Assembly (NCBI GenBank): GCA_964016885.1
Contig: OZ024741.1
Span: 373,550,001 to 373,614,000, forward strand
Direction: 5' to 3'
DNA length: 64,000 nt
Origin: Eledone cirrhosa
Lineage: Eukaryota
The notes under the pieces are model-generated. The model did not search any database. It was not told the DNA's origin and saw only the letters and a program-made list of their open reading frames with translations. This document shows positions 16,426 to 31,241 of this stretch, one piece after another. A program made the position numbers and the translations under genes. Positions within the stretch are counted from its first letter, which is position 1; the number at the start of each line of letters is the position of its first letter.

Positions 16426-18350
16426 TCATCATCATCATCTTCATCATCATTTTACGTCTGCTTTTCCCTGCTTGCAAGGGTGGGACGGGTCTTATTCAGC
16501 ACAGCATCTCTCCACTCGTCATGGTCCCTCGTCATCTCCACCGTGAGCTTCAATGATCTGAGGTCTGTTCTCACCACCTCCGCCCATGTTTTTCGTGGTC
16601 TACCTCTACCACGTCTTCCTTCAACTGGCATTTCCTGGCACTTCTTCACCCATCGGTCATCCTCCATGCACATCACATGTCCATACCACCTCAGTCTCCT
16701 CTCCCGTACACTACATTCTATCCCTCTCAGACACAGTTTCTCTCTCAACACATTTATGCTGGCTCGTTCACGCACATTTACACTGCACATCCAACGGAGC
16801 ATGCTTGCCTCATTTCTCTCCAGCCGTCGCATATCCTCTGCAGTTGCTGCCCATGTCTCACTACCATGCAGCATCGCGCTCCTCACACAGGCATCATACA
16901 ACCGGCCTTTCGTACGCAGAGAGAAACCCTTCTTCGTCAACAGAGGAAGCAGCTCCCTAAACTTCTTCCAACCCGTCCTTATTCTAGATACTATGGCTTC
17001 TAGATACTATGGCCACATAGATGATAATTGGAATTTCTTACGTGACAACTTACTGCAGGCTACTGATGAAACTTGTGGCTAGAGCAGAGCTCCAACCAGA
17101 CAGAGAGTGACCTGGTGGTGGAACAGCACGGTAGATAGGGCCATTAGAGACAAAAGACTAGCATGGAAGACTTGGAAAATCGGTGGGAGTAGAGAAGGAT
17201 ATACAGTCGCTAAGAGAGAAGCTAGACGTCAGGTGTACTTAGCACGCAGGGTGGCTGAGAGTAGAAGGTTTGCCAATGTTCTGCAACAAGAAGATCAGAG
17301 ACGTGCGGTGTTCTACATTGCAAGGCAGTGTGTCAATGCAAATCAGGATGTTGTTGGAGATAAATGTGTCCGGAATGATGGCGGTCTACTTAGTGTCACG
17401 AATGAACAGAAAAAGGAGGCCTGGAATGTCATTATGAGAGACTGTTGAATGTAGAGAACGAATGGGATAGAAAGAAATTACCCTCAGTAGATCCGACAGA
17501 GTGACCAGCTATTGAGATTGACGAATATAGGGTCCAGGAGGCGATTAAGGAAATGAAAAATGATAAGGCCGCTGGACCGTCAGGGATAGTTGATGAGATG
17601 CCGAAGGCATCAGGGGACGTAGGCACTAAACTGGTTGCACGCATCATCAATCAGGCTATATATGGCGGTGTCATACCCAGACTGGTGCAGCAGTATTCTC
17701 ATAAATTGCTACAAAGGTAAAGGGGATGCTGTGGAGAGGAGCAATTATAGGGGTATAAAACTGATGGATCAGGTTATAAAAGTGGCAGAAAGGATATTAG
17801 CACAACTAATTAGAGAAAGGGTCAAACTAGATGAGATGCAGTTTGGTTTTGTGCCTGGGAAAAGTACAACAGATGCCCTCTTCTTGGTGAGACAATTACA
17901 AGAGAAGTTCTTAGTAAAGAATAAGCCACTATACTTAGCTTTTGATAGGGTACCCCGATCTGTCATCTGGTGGTCCCTAAGGAAACTAGGTGTTGAGGAA
18001 TGGCTTGTGAGGACAGCGCAAACTTTGTACAGAGGTGCTGTCAGTAATGTCAGGGTAGGAATGGAGTTTAGTGAGGAATTCCAGATACAAGTAGGAGTAC
18101 ATCAGGGTTCAGTCCTCAGCCCACTCTTGTTCAAGCCATGACAGAGGAGTTTAAGACTGGCTGTCCATGCGATTTTCTCTATGCTGACGATCTGGTTCTT
18201 ATAGCAGAATCAGTAGAGGAGCTAGAGAATAAATTCTGGCTATGGAAACAGAAGTTGGAAGCAAGAGGACTGAGAGTGAACCTAGATAAGACAAAAGTGC
18301 TGATGAGTATAAAAAGAGGACAAAACTCTGATTTCGTCAGGGAAATGGCC
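16426..18350. mobile_element. RTE family 2 insertion with 5' inversion: 3' part on minus (16426-16997), upstream part on plus (~17010-18350)
   Basis: Minus ORF 16452-16940 ends [13 protein letters not shown] next to the (GAT)n tail; plus ORFs have TWWWN, NYRGIKL, GVHQGSVLSP and YADD. Confidence 0.88.
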
Positions 18351-18506
18351 TATATAAATATATAAATACATATATATATATAAATGATATATATAAATAC
18401 ATATATATATATATATATATAAATACATATACATATAAATACATATAGATATATATATAAATACATATACATAAATACATATACATAAATACATATACAT
18501 AAATAC

Positions 18507-18545
<39 letters not shown>

Positions 18546-18557
18546 CTAACTAAAAAT

Positions 18558-19346
18558 GTGTGTGGTGAGGTCATTAACAATAATTCTCTTAATAAACATC
18601 AGGATACATCCTATAAAAACAATAAACAACATCGAAACCGTAATAGACGAGTTACTTGGTATAATGCTCCATTTAATTTACAAATTAAGGATAATATACC
18701 TAAAAAATTCTTTAATATCCTAGAGAAAAACTTCCCGCCAAACCACAAATACCATCAAATTTTAAATAGATCAACGGTTAAATTCTCCTACTCAACAACC
18801 AAAAACATAAAACAAAATATAAGTGCCTACAATGCATATAAATGTAAAAAGACCATGAGTATACCACCAGTACATCAAACTAACCATAATATCTCCTCAG
18901 ATACAGGATTCACGAAAAGTTGTAACTGTAGAAACAAGGCAAACTGTCCATTAAAAGGAAATTGCCTTGTTAATAACATAGTATATAAATGTAAAGTTAA
19001 CACTAAGGACTCAATTTATTCATATATAGGAGCTACCTCTAACAAATTTAAGGTAAGATTTAATACCCACAAACATAGTTTTAAAAATGCCGCACTAGCT
19101 AATACAACATCTCTAGCTGAAATAATTAATAATTATAGAAAGAGGAATATAGATTATGATCTGACCTGGAGTGTGCTCAAAAGGGCTACCCCTTATCAAA
19201 ATAGTAGATATGAATGTAGATTATGTTCCCAAGAACTTTTTGAAATAATGAAATCTAAGGATATCCTATTAAATAAGCGACAGGAATTAATAATATCGTG
19301 TAATCATAAACTGAGAAAAACCTTTAAATATTATAAACCTAATTAA
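18558..19346 (+). CDS. PLE C-terminal linker + GIY-YIG endonuclease (open reading frame, 5'-truncated)
   Basis: 262-aa ORF with Cys cluster and GIY-YIG motifs. Confidence 0.8.
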   Translation: MCGEVINNNSLNKHQDTSYKNNKQHRNRNRRVTWYNAPFNLQIKDNIPKKFFNILEKNFPPNHKYHQILNRSTVKFSYSTTKNIKQNISAYNAYKCKKTMSIPPVHQTNHNISSDTGFTKSCNCRNKANCPLKGNCLVNNIVYKCKVNTKDSIYSYIGATSNKFKVRFNTHKHSFKNAALANTTSLAEIINNYRKRNIDYDLTWSVLKRATPYQNSRYECRLCSQELFEIMKSKDILLNKRQELIISCNHKLRKTFKYYKPN

Positions 19347-19718
19347 TATACACTTTAGAAATTAATATATAAACTGTTTTAAATTTAGTTAACCTATAAT
19401 TAATATTCTACTACTGATGAACCACATAATTTTACTTTCCTTCCTACAACTATCATTTCCTAAAACTGATACCATTAAGTAAACATATATAATGCCTTAA
19501 CTTCAGGTTATGACTCTATGTTCCTTGAAATCTCTATATATTTATTATTTCTCACTAATAAATTTAATCCCCCCCCCCAATAATTATATATGTAACTATG
19601 TATGTGTGTGTATATATATGTGTATGTATGTATGTATATATGTGTGTGTATATATATATATATATATACATATATATATGTGTATATATATATATATGTG
19701 TGTGTATATGTGTGTGTG

Positions 19719-19797
<79 letters not shown>

Positions 19798-20491
19798 TAT
19801 TTTTATATTCTTTTAATTTCCCCTCATCTTTAACAGCACTCTTCAACTGCATCTAACTCTTATTTATCATATCTATATGCATTAGTATAATTTTATCAAT
19901 ATAAATATACCCATCAATTAAATTAATTTATATTCTTTTCATAGATGTATTTTTTTCACTAACACTCTTATCATAAAATTTTAGTCTCCTTAGATATTTG
20001 CATTGGCATTACTGGTTTATAACAGCAACTGCACATATACCTTTTACTGACCTGACCTATTTTCACCCCTAAAATAACTTTCTCATACTTCACACTCCAT
20101 TCAAAACTGAAATCTGCCTTATTCTACCCCTAAAATAAGCTTCAATTACTACTATTTTACCATTTGGCCAATTATTAACTTTCTATTGGTTAATTCTAAA
20201 CCTCTTACCAAACAGACAGAATATATTAGATCTTTGTTGGTTTTATTCAATGAACAAATAAAATTATTTCTGAGGTCAACATAAGACCTATTTTCATCCC
20301 TAAAATAATCTTTCATTCATAATATTCTTTTCCATCTAAAAGTGAAATCTACCTTCCTCTACCCATAATTTAAGGTTCTTCTAATACTATATTACTATCT
20401 TGACCCTCACTATCTCCTGATTGGTCAATTCAAAACCTGTTCCCAAACAGACCTATTGTATTGAATCTTTGTTATTTTCAATAAACACATA

Positions 20492-20633
20492 TCATTATTT
20501 CTGAAGACAGCATATATATGTGTAGGTATGTATATTCCCTCTGATAGTTTGTATAAATATTGTACATAGATCTATAGAATATGCATACCAACTCTAACAC
20601 ATATATATCCTAGAAACGATCGTAAAATGATGA
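20492..20633 (+). ncRNA. Hammerhead ribozyme with ~105-nt extended stem II
   Basis: TCATTATTT-CTGAAGA-[long hairpin]-GAAA-CGATCG-TA-AAATGATGA. Confidence 0.72.
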
Positions 20634-21140
20634 ATTTTTTTAATATAAGGAACTGTTTCTTTGTTTATTCATTATTTTATTAATTTATACATATATATAT
20701 ATATATATAAATACATATACATAAATACATATACATATATATATAAATACATATACATATATATATATAAATACATATACATAAATACATATACATATAT
20801 ATATATAAATACATATACATATATATATATATAAATACATATACATATATATATATATAAATACATATACATATATATATATATAAATACATATACATAT
20901 ATACATATACATATATATATATATAAATACATATACATATATACATATACATATATATATATATAAATACATATACATATATATATATATAATACATATA
21001 TATATATATAAATACATATACATATATATATATATAAATACATATACACATATATATATAAATACATATACACATATATATATAAATACATATACATAAA
21101 TACATATACATATATATATATACATATATATATACATATG

Positions 21141-21212
<72 letters not shown>

Positions 21213-21215
<3 letters not shown>

Positions 21216-21547
21216 GGCTTAGTGGTTAGAGCATTGGGCTTGCAATCGAAAGGTTGTGGGTTCAATTCTCAGACCGGGTGATGTGTTGTTTCCTTGAGCA
21301 AGACACTTTATTTCACATTGCTCCAGTTTACTCAGCTGTAGTAATGAGATGATAGGGACTGGGGTCTCTATCATTCCACTGCAAAGTGGTCGTGTAGGTG
21401 CCACGGCAAAAAAAAGCACCCAGCACTCACTGTAAATGAGGTTGGTGTTAGGAAGGGCATCCAGCTGTAGAAATCAAGCTAGAATCAGTTCCCGTCCCAC
21501 CCTTGCAAGCAGGGAAAAGCGGACGTAAAAATGAAATGAAAAATGAT
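21213..21547 (+). mobile_element. CORE-like/RTE-tailed SINE copy
   Basis: Near-identical to 3028-3370. Confidence 0.88.
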
Positions 21548-21596
21548 ATATATATAAATACATATAAATATATATATATATATATATAAATACATA

Positions 21597-21628
<32 letters not shown>

Positions 21629-21754
21629 CATATGCATATAAATATATATATATAAATACATATATATATATATATATAAATACATATGCATATAAATATA
21701 TATATATATATATAAATACATATACACATATATATATATATATATATATATATG

Positions 21755-22022
21755 CAAAAGTTCTATTTAAAGTTGTTGGGATACAACAAGTAAATATTTT
21801 TATAACTGATATAAAGCACTGGACAAGTTTTTGGAGTAGATATACGATATTAATAAATGGAAACTATATTTATAAAACCATATTTATTTCATTATACATA
21901 TTTCAGGGATACCATATTAAATTATGGTATGCCTTCATCAGACAAAATACAATATATAAGAGTTTTACAAATAGCTTTGACGTACCCTTTTAAGATACAT
22001 CCATTACTTTTGGAGGCTGTCT

Positions 22023-22025
<3 letters not shown>
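21755..22025 (-). mobile_element. PLE-type 3' remnant with a hammerhead at 21885-21949
   Basis: Minus strand TATTTTGT-CTGATGA-AGGCATACCATA..TATGGTATCCCT-GAAA-TATGTA-TA-ATGAAATA; homologous to 27452-27796. Confidence 0.78.
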
Positions 22026-22063
<38 letters not shown>

Positions 22064-22070
22064 CATATTC

Positions 22071-22137
<67 letters not shown>

Positions 22138-22251
22138 CATATATATATAAATACATATATATATATATAAATACATATATATATATATATAAATACATAT
22201 ACATATATATATATATAAATACATATGCATATATATATATATATAACATCA

Positions 22252-22348
22252 TTGATCTCAGTAGACAGGTGGGGTAGTTGGCCTTGATAAGCTTCAACCA
22301 AAGCGAAACATGTCATGTCGGCTTATCTCCCCTGTTTGCTGAGATCAA
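22252..22348 (+). ncRNA. Hammerhead ribozyme, U3-A8 variant with long stem I, inside a ~190-bp island (22245-22438)
   Basis: TTGATCTCAGTAGACAGG..GGCC-TTGATAA-GCTT(CAACCA)AAGC-GAAA-CATGTCATG-TC-GGCT..CCTGTTTGCTGAGATCAA. Confidence 0.75.
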
Positions 22349-22565
22349 AGTGAGTGAATTTGTCACTACTTTAAAACAATAGCTTACGGTCTTCAAAATG
22401 CTTTTCATTAAGCATAAAGTGTATTGCAAAATACATTATATATACATCCATATATATATATATAAATACATATACATATATAAATAAATACATATACATA
22501 TATATATAAATACATATACATATATATGTATAAATACATATACATATATATATATATATATATAA

Positions 22566-22604
<39 letters not shown>

Positions 22605-22652
22605 CATATATATATATATATATATATAAATACATATATATATATATAAATA

Positions 22653-23157
22653 CATCATCATCATCATCATCATCAACGTTTAACGTCCGTGTTCCACGCT
22701 TGCATGGGTTTGGACGGGGGTAGTCCCACTTGAGGCAAGAGTGATTGTCTTGCTCGCATAGGACTGTCTGGCAGGTTTTCTACAGTTGGATGCCCTTCCT
22801 AACACCAACCACATTTACAGTGTGGGTCTGGGAGGTTTTTACCGTGTTGCCTACACGGCCACATTACAGCGTGGACTGTGTGTTTTTTTGTCGTGACACC
22901 TACACGATCTCATTTGTTTCGGCCTCGATGGCGCGGCACCAACATAACTTTACATAGAACGGGGTGGTGTGGATCGGGTGGGGGTGGTGGGACGGGGTGT
23001 ATTTTGTTAGAGATGCCTACTGGCTGGAGTAGGTTTTACTATATATTTAGGTAAGGCGGGTCTTCTCTGTTACTGAGTACCGCCAAAGGTCTCGGTCCAG
23101 TGACATTGTCTTGGAGAGGTGTAAGTGTGTGATGTCGGAGTTTATCAGCTCGTCCCA
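22653..23157 (-). mobile_element. RTE family 1 3' fragment
   Basis: WDELINSD..KTRLT, 3' UTR and (ATC)n tail. Confidence 0.92.
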
Positions 23158-23164
23158 TATATAA

Positions 23165-23203
<39 letters not shown>

Positions 23204-23253
23204 CATATATATATATATATATAAATACATATACACACATATATATATATATT

Positions 23254-23431
23254 AGCCCCACACTGTAAATGTGGTTGGTGTTAGGAAGGGCATCCAACTG
23301 TAGAAAACCCGCCAGACAGTCCTATGCGAGCAAGACAACCACTCTTGCCTCAAGTGGGAAAACCCCCGTCCAAACCCATGCAAGCGTGGAACACGGACGC
23401 TAAACCTGATGATGATGATGATGATGATGAT
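23254..23431 (+). mobile_element. RTE family 1 terminal 3' UTR fragment
   Basis: Matches the 3' end of the 44184-47680 subfamily; (GAT)n tail. Confidence 0.9.
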
Positions 23432-23445
23432 ATATATATAAATAC

Positions 23446-23482
<37 letters not shown>

Positions 23483-23654
23483 CATATACATATATATATA
23501 TATATATATAAATACATATACATATATATATATATATAAATACATATACATATATATATATATAAATACATATATATATATATATAAATACATATACATA
23601 TATATATATATAAATACATATGCATATATATATATATATATATATATAACATCA

Positions 23655-23751
23655 TTGATCTCAGTAGACAGGTGGGGTAGTTGGCCTTGATAAGCTTCAA
23701 CCAAAACGAAACATGTCATGTCGGCTTATCTCCCCTGTTTGCTGAGATCAA
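23655..23751 (+). ncRNA. Second copy of the U3-A8 hammerhead (one stem II substitution)
   Basis: Duplicate of 22252-22348, with AAAC replacing AAGC. Confidence 0.68.
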
Positions 23752-23960
23752 AGTGAGTGAATTTGTCACTACTTTAAAACAATAGCTTACGGTCTTCAAA
23801 ATGCTTTTAATTAAGCATAAAGTGTATTGCAAAATACATTATATATACATCCATATATATATATATAAATACATATATAAATAAATACATATACATATAT
23901 ATATATATATAAATACATATACATATATATGTATATATACATATATATATAAATACATAT

Positions 23961-26932
23961 ATGGTCACGTTGGACAACATTGTGACGGCTACGACGAAAT
24001 CCATGGAGGCTATGGGTTTGGTACTAGAAATGAGGAAGGCTCCAGAATCCTGGAATTCTGTGATGCAAATAACCTAACTATCTGTAACACTAACTTCAAA
24101 AAACGTGACAATCACCTGATCACCTATAGATCCGGGGAACACACAAGCCAGGTAGATTATATCCTTACCAGAAGACGTGACAGAGTGTCTGTTGTTAACA
24201 CTAAATCCCTCCCCCATGAAGAATGCACCTCCCAACATAGACTGATAATTAGCGACCTCATAGTCAGGACGAGACGTACTCGACAACAGAAGAGGACTAT
24301 CCTCAGGAGGAAAATATGGAAGCTAAAGGACCCCACAGCCAGGAATAAATTTCAAAGCATATTACTTGATGCTTTCGACAGTAAGGAAGAACATTTAGAG
24401 TCGGACAATATAGAGGGAGAGTGGGAATTTCTGAAAGCAAACCTGCTGTTGGCGACAGACGAAGTCTGTGGCTGGAGCAGGCCTGTAGGCAGGAGGAGAG
24501 TAACATGGTGGTGGAACAGTAAGGTGGAGGGGTCAATTAAGGCCAAAAAGCAGGCTTGGAAAGTATGGCGGGATGGGGGAAGTAGAGAGGACTATCAAGT
24601 GGCCAGGAGGGAAGCTAGGAGACAAGTGTACTTAGCAAGAAGGGAAGCTGAGGAAAGAAAGTTCAAGCATGTTCTACAACGCGATGACCAAAAACGTGAG
24701 GTGTTCAGGATTGCTAGGCAATGCGTCAAGGAAAACCGTGATATTGTCGGGGAGAAGTGTGTACTAAACGACGATGGCACACTTGCCATCACCGACGCTG
24801 ATAAGAAGGTAGCTTGGAAGTGTCACTATGAAAGGCTACTAAATGAGGAGAATAATTGGGAGAAAGGCAGTCTCCCCCATATCGACCCAATAGAGGGACC
24901 AGCAGTGTTAGTCGAGGGGAGTATAATAAGTAAGGCAATCAAGGATATGAAGACGGGTAAGGCGGCTGGGCCTTCGGAAATAGTTGCTGAGATGCTGAAG
25001 GCATCTGGCACGGTGGGACACACCATGGTCACCCGCATAGTTAACCAAGTCGTACAGAATGGGGTTGTTCCGAAGGACTGGCATAGCAGCATCATCGTTA
25101 ACTGTTATAAGGGTAAAGGAGACGCCCTAGATAGGAGTAACTATAGAGGCATTAAATTAATCGACCAGGTCATGAAGGTCACGGAAAAAGTAATAGCGCA
25201 ACTAATCAGAGAGAGAATTGACCTAGATGAAATGCAGTTCGGGTTTGTGTCAGGCAAAAGTACCACAGACGCTCTTTTCATAGTACGACAACTACAGGAG
25301 AAGTACCTAGCTAAAGGTAAACCCCTCTACTTAGCTTTTGTCGACTTGGAGAAAGCCTTCGACAGAGTCCCCCGCTCCATTATCTGGTGGGCTCTTAGAA
25401 AACTAGGCGTTGACGAATGGCTTGTGAGGGCTATACAAGCCATGTATAAAGAAACAGTCAGCAAGGTTAGAATTAACAACGAATATAGTGAAGAGTTTAG
25501 CGTAAAAGTTGGCGTCCATCAGGGCTCTGTTCTCAGCCCACTACTATTTATTATTGCCCTTCAGGCTATAACAGAGGAGTTCAAGACAGGCTGCCCATGG
25601 GAACTCCTATACGCAGACGACCTGACACTCATAGCGGAATCAATGGCCGAGCTAGAGAAGGAATTCCAAACATGGAAGCACGGCCTAGAGTCAAAAGGAC
25701 TTAAAATTAACCTGGCTAAGACCAAAGTACTAGTTTGTAGGAAAGAAAACAAGGCGGCGGTCCCTTCTGGGAAATGGTCGTGCTCGGTGTGTAGGAAAGG
25801 CGTAGGTAGAAACTCCATTTTATGTCCTAAATGCAAAGTATGGGTGCATAAAAGATGTAGTGGGATCACAGGTAAGCTAACTAAGAACATAGATTTTACA
25901 TGTGGCCGGTGCTCTGGTGCAATAAGTAGCAGCAAGTGCCCACAAACTACTAGCTCTTTCAATTGCGCAGAGGGTTCTATAGAAATAGTGGACAGCTTCC
26001 GTTACCTGGGCGATAAAATCAGCAGTGGGGGAGGGTGCTCTGAAAGTACTGTAGCTAGAGTCAGAACTGGTTGGAAAAAGTTCAGAGAGCTTATACCACT
26101 ATTAGCTGCTAAAGGGTTCTCACTAAAAATGAAAGGCAGGTTGTACGATGCCTGCATACGAACAGCAATGCTGCATGGCAGTGAGACCTGGGCATTGTGT
26201 GCAGAGGATATACGCAGACTAGAGAGGAACGAAGCTTGCATGCTCCGCTGGATGTGTAACAGTAATATACGTGAACGGCAAAGCATAAACGAACTAAGGA
26301 AAAAATTAGAGATAAGAGGGATCAGATGTTGTTTACTCGAGAGAAGGCTACGTTGGTATGGACACGTGATGCGTATGAAAGTCGATAGCTGTATAACAAA
26401 GTGCAGGGCAATAAAGATAGACGGTAGCCACGGAATAGGCAGACCTAGAAAAACCTGGGACGAGCTGATAAACTCCGACCTCACACACTTACACCTCTCC
26501 AAGACAATGTCACTGGACCGAGACCTTTGGCGGTACTCAGTAACAGAGAAGACCCGCCTTGCCAGTAGGCATCTCTAACAAAATACACCCCGTCCCGCCA
26601 CCTCCCCCACCCATCCACACCACCCGTCCTATGTAAAGTTATGTTGGTGCCGCGCCATCCAGGCCGAAACAAATGAGATCGTGTAGGTGTCACGACAAAA
26701 AAACACACAGTCCACGCTGTAATGTGGCCGTGTAGGCAACACGGTAAAAACCTCCCAGACCCACACTGTAAATGTGGTTGGTGTTAGGAAGGGCATCCAA
26801 CTGTAGAAAACCTGCCAGACAGTCCTATGCGAGCAAGACAATCACTCTTGCCTCAAGTGGGACTACCCCCGTCCAAACCCATGCAAGCGTGGAACACGGA
26901 CGTTAAACGTTGATGATGATGATGATGATGAT
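23961..26932 (+). mobile_element. RTE family 1 LINE, truncated within APE; uninterrupted RT-PHD ORF; small deletion removes the normal stop codon
   Basis: 797-aa ORF, 3' UTR and (GAT)n tail. Confidence 0.96.
24185..26578 (+). CDS. RTE polyprotein (end of APE, RT, embedded C4HC3 PHD finger at 25781-25912)
   Basis: NYRGIKL, QFGF, DLEKAFD, QGSVLSP, YADD, CSVC-x10-CPKC-x4-HKRC-x14-CGRC, FRYLG. Confidence 0.92.
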   Translation: MSVVNTKSLPHEECTSQHRLIISDLIVRTRRTRQQKRTILRRKIWKLKDPTARNKFQSILLDAFDSKEEHLESDNIEGEWEFLKANLLLATDEVCGWSRPVGRRRVTWWWNSKVEGSIKAKKQAWKVWRDGGSREDYQVARREARRQVYLARREAEERKFKHVLQRDDQKREVFRIARQCVKENRDIVGEKCVLNDDGTLAITDADKKVAWKCHYERLLNEENNWEKGSLPHIDPIEGPAVLVEGSIISKAIKDMKTGKAAGPSEIVAEMLKASGTVGHTMVTRIVNQVVQNGVVPKDWHSSIIVNCYKGKGDALDRSNYRGIKLIDQVMKVTEKVIAQLIRERIDLDEMQFGFVSGKSTTDALFIVRQLQEKYLAKGKPLYLAFVDLEKAFDRVPRSIIWWALRKLGVDEWLVRAIQAMYKETVSKVRINNEYSEEFSVKVGVHQGSVLSPLLFIIALQAITEEFKTGCPWELLYADDLTLIAESMAELEKEFQTWKHGLESKGLKINLAKTKVLVCRKENKAAVPSGKWSCSVCRKGVGRNSILCPKCKVWVHKRCSGITGKLTKNIDFTCGRCSGAISSSKCPQTTSSFNCAEGSIEIVDSFRYLGDKISSGGGCSESTVARVRTGWKKFRELIPLLAAKGFSLKMKGRLYDACIRTAMLHGSETWALCAEDIRRLERNEACMLRWMCNSNIRERQSINELRKKLEIRGIRCCLLERRLRWYGHVMRMKVDSCITKCRAIKIDGSHGIGRPRKTWDELINSDLTHLHLSKTMSLDRDLWRYSVTEKTRLASRHL

Positions 26933-27090
26933 ATATATATAAATACATATATATATATATAAATACATATACATATATATATAAATACATATATATATAT
27001 ATAAATACATATACATATATATATAAATACATATATATATATATAAATACATATACATATATAAATACATATACATATATAAATACATAT

Positions 27091-27147
<57 letters not shown>

Positions 27148-27193
27148 AATACATATATATATATATATATATATAAATACATATATATACATA

Positions 27194-27796
27194 TACAATA
27201 TTAAATAAATGGAAAACTATATTTATAAAACCATATTTATTTCATTATATATATTTCGGGGATATCATATTAACAATATGCTATGCCTTCATCAGACAAA
27301 ATACAATATAAACAGTTTTATAGATAAATATATTCGACATACCGTAATAAACATCAACTTCATTTGAAGAGGTTTACGCTAGCAGTGAAAATACAGAGAG
27401 AAAGAAAGAGAGAAAGAAAAGAGGGAAAAAAGAAAGAAAGAAAGACAAAACGTTTTGTCTTTCTTTCTTTCTTTTTTCCCTCTTTTCTTTCTCTTTTTCT
27501 TTCTCTCTGTATTTTCACTGCTAGCGTAAACCTCTTCAAATGAAGTTGATGTTTATTACGGTATGTCGAATATATTTATCTATAAAACTGTTTATATTGT
27601 ATTTTGTCTGATGAAGGCATAGCATATTGTTAATATGATATCCCCGAAATATATATAATGAAATAAATATGGTTTTATAAATATAGTTTTCCATTTATTT
27701 AATATTGTAAATATACTCCAAATATTTGTCGAGTGCTTTTATATCAGTTATAAATATTTACTAGTTGTAACCCAACAATTTTAAATATAACCTTAC
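27194..27796. mobile_element. Spacer-less palindromic PLE-type remnant (centre ~27451) with hammerheads at 27238-27303 (-) and 27600-27665 (+) and a ~87-bp unpaired tail
   Basis: Arms are reverse complements around GACAAAACGTTTTGTC; CTGATGA..GAAA-TATATA-TA. Confidence 0.8.

Positions 27797-31241
<3,445 letters not shown>

Larger units (their letters stand above)
18543..20685 (+). mobile_element. Second PLE family: 5'-truncated C-terminal GIY-YIG ORF and long 3' region with a hammerhead (possibly Hydra clade)
   Basis: [15 protein letters not shown] linker, IVY..YIGAT, CRLC..E, LNKR..CNH; ~230-bp tandem duplication at 20054-20504; (TA)n on both sides. Confidence 0.85.

Noticed and set aside
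19412-19430. CTGATGA in the PLE 3' region
   Set aside because: No stem II or GAAA follows
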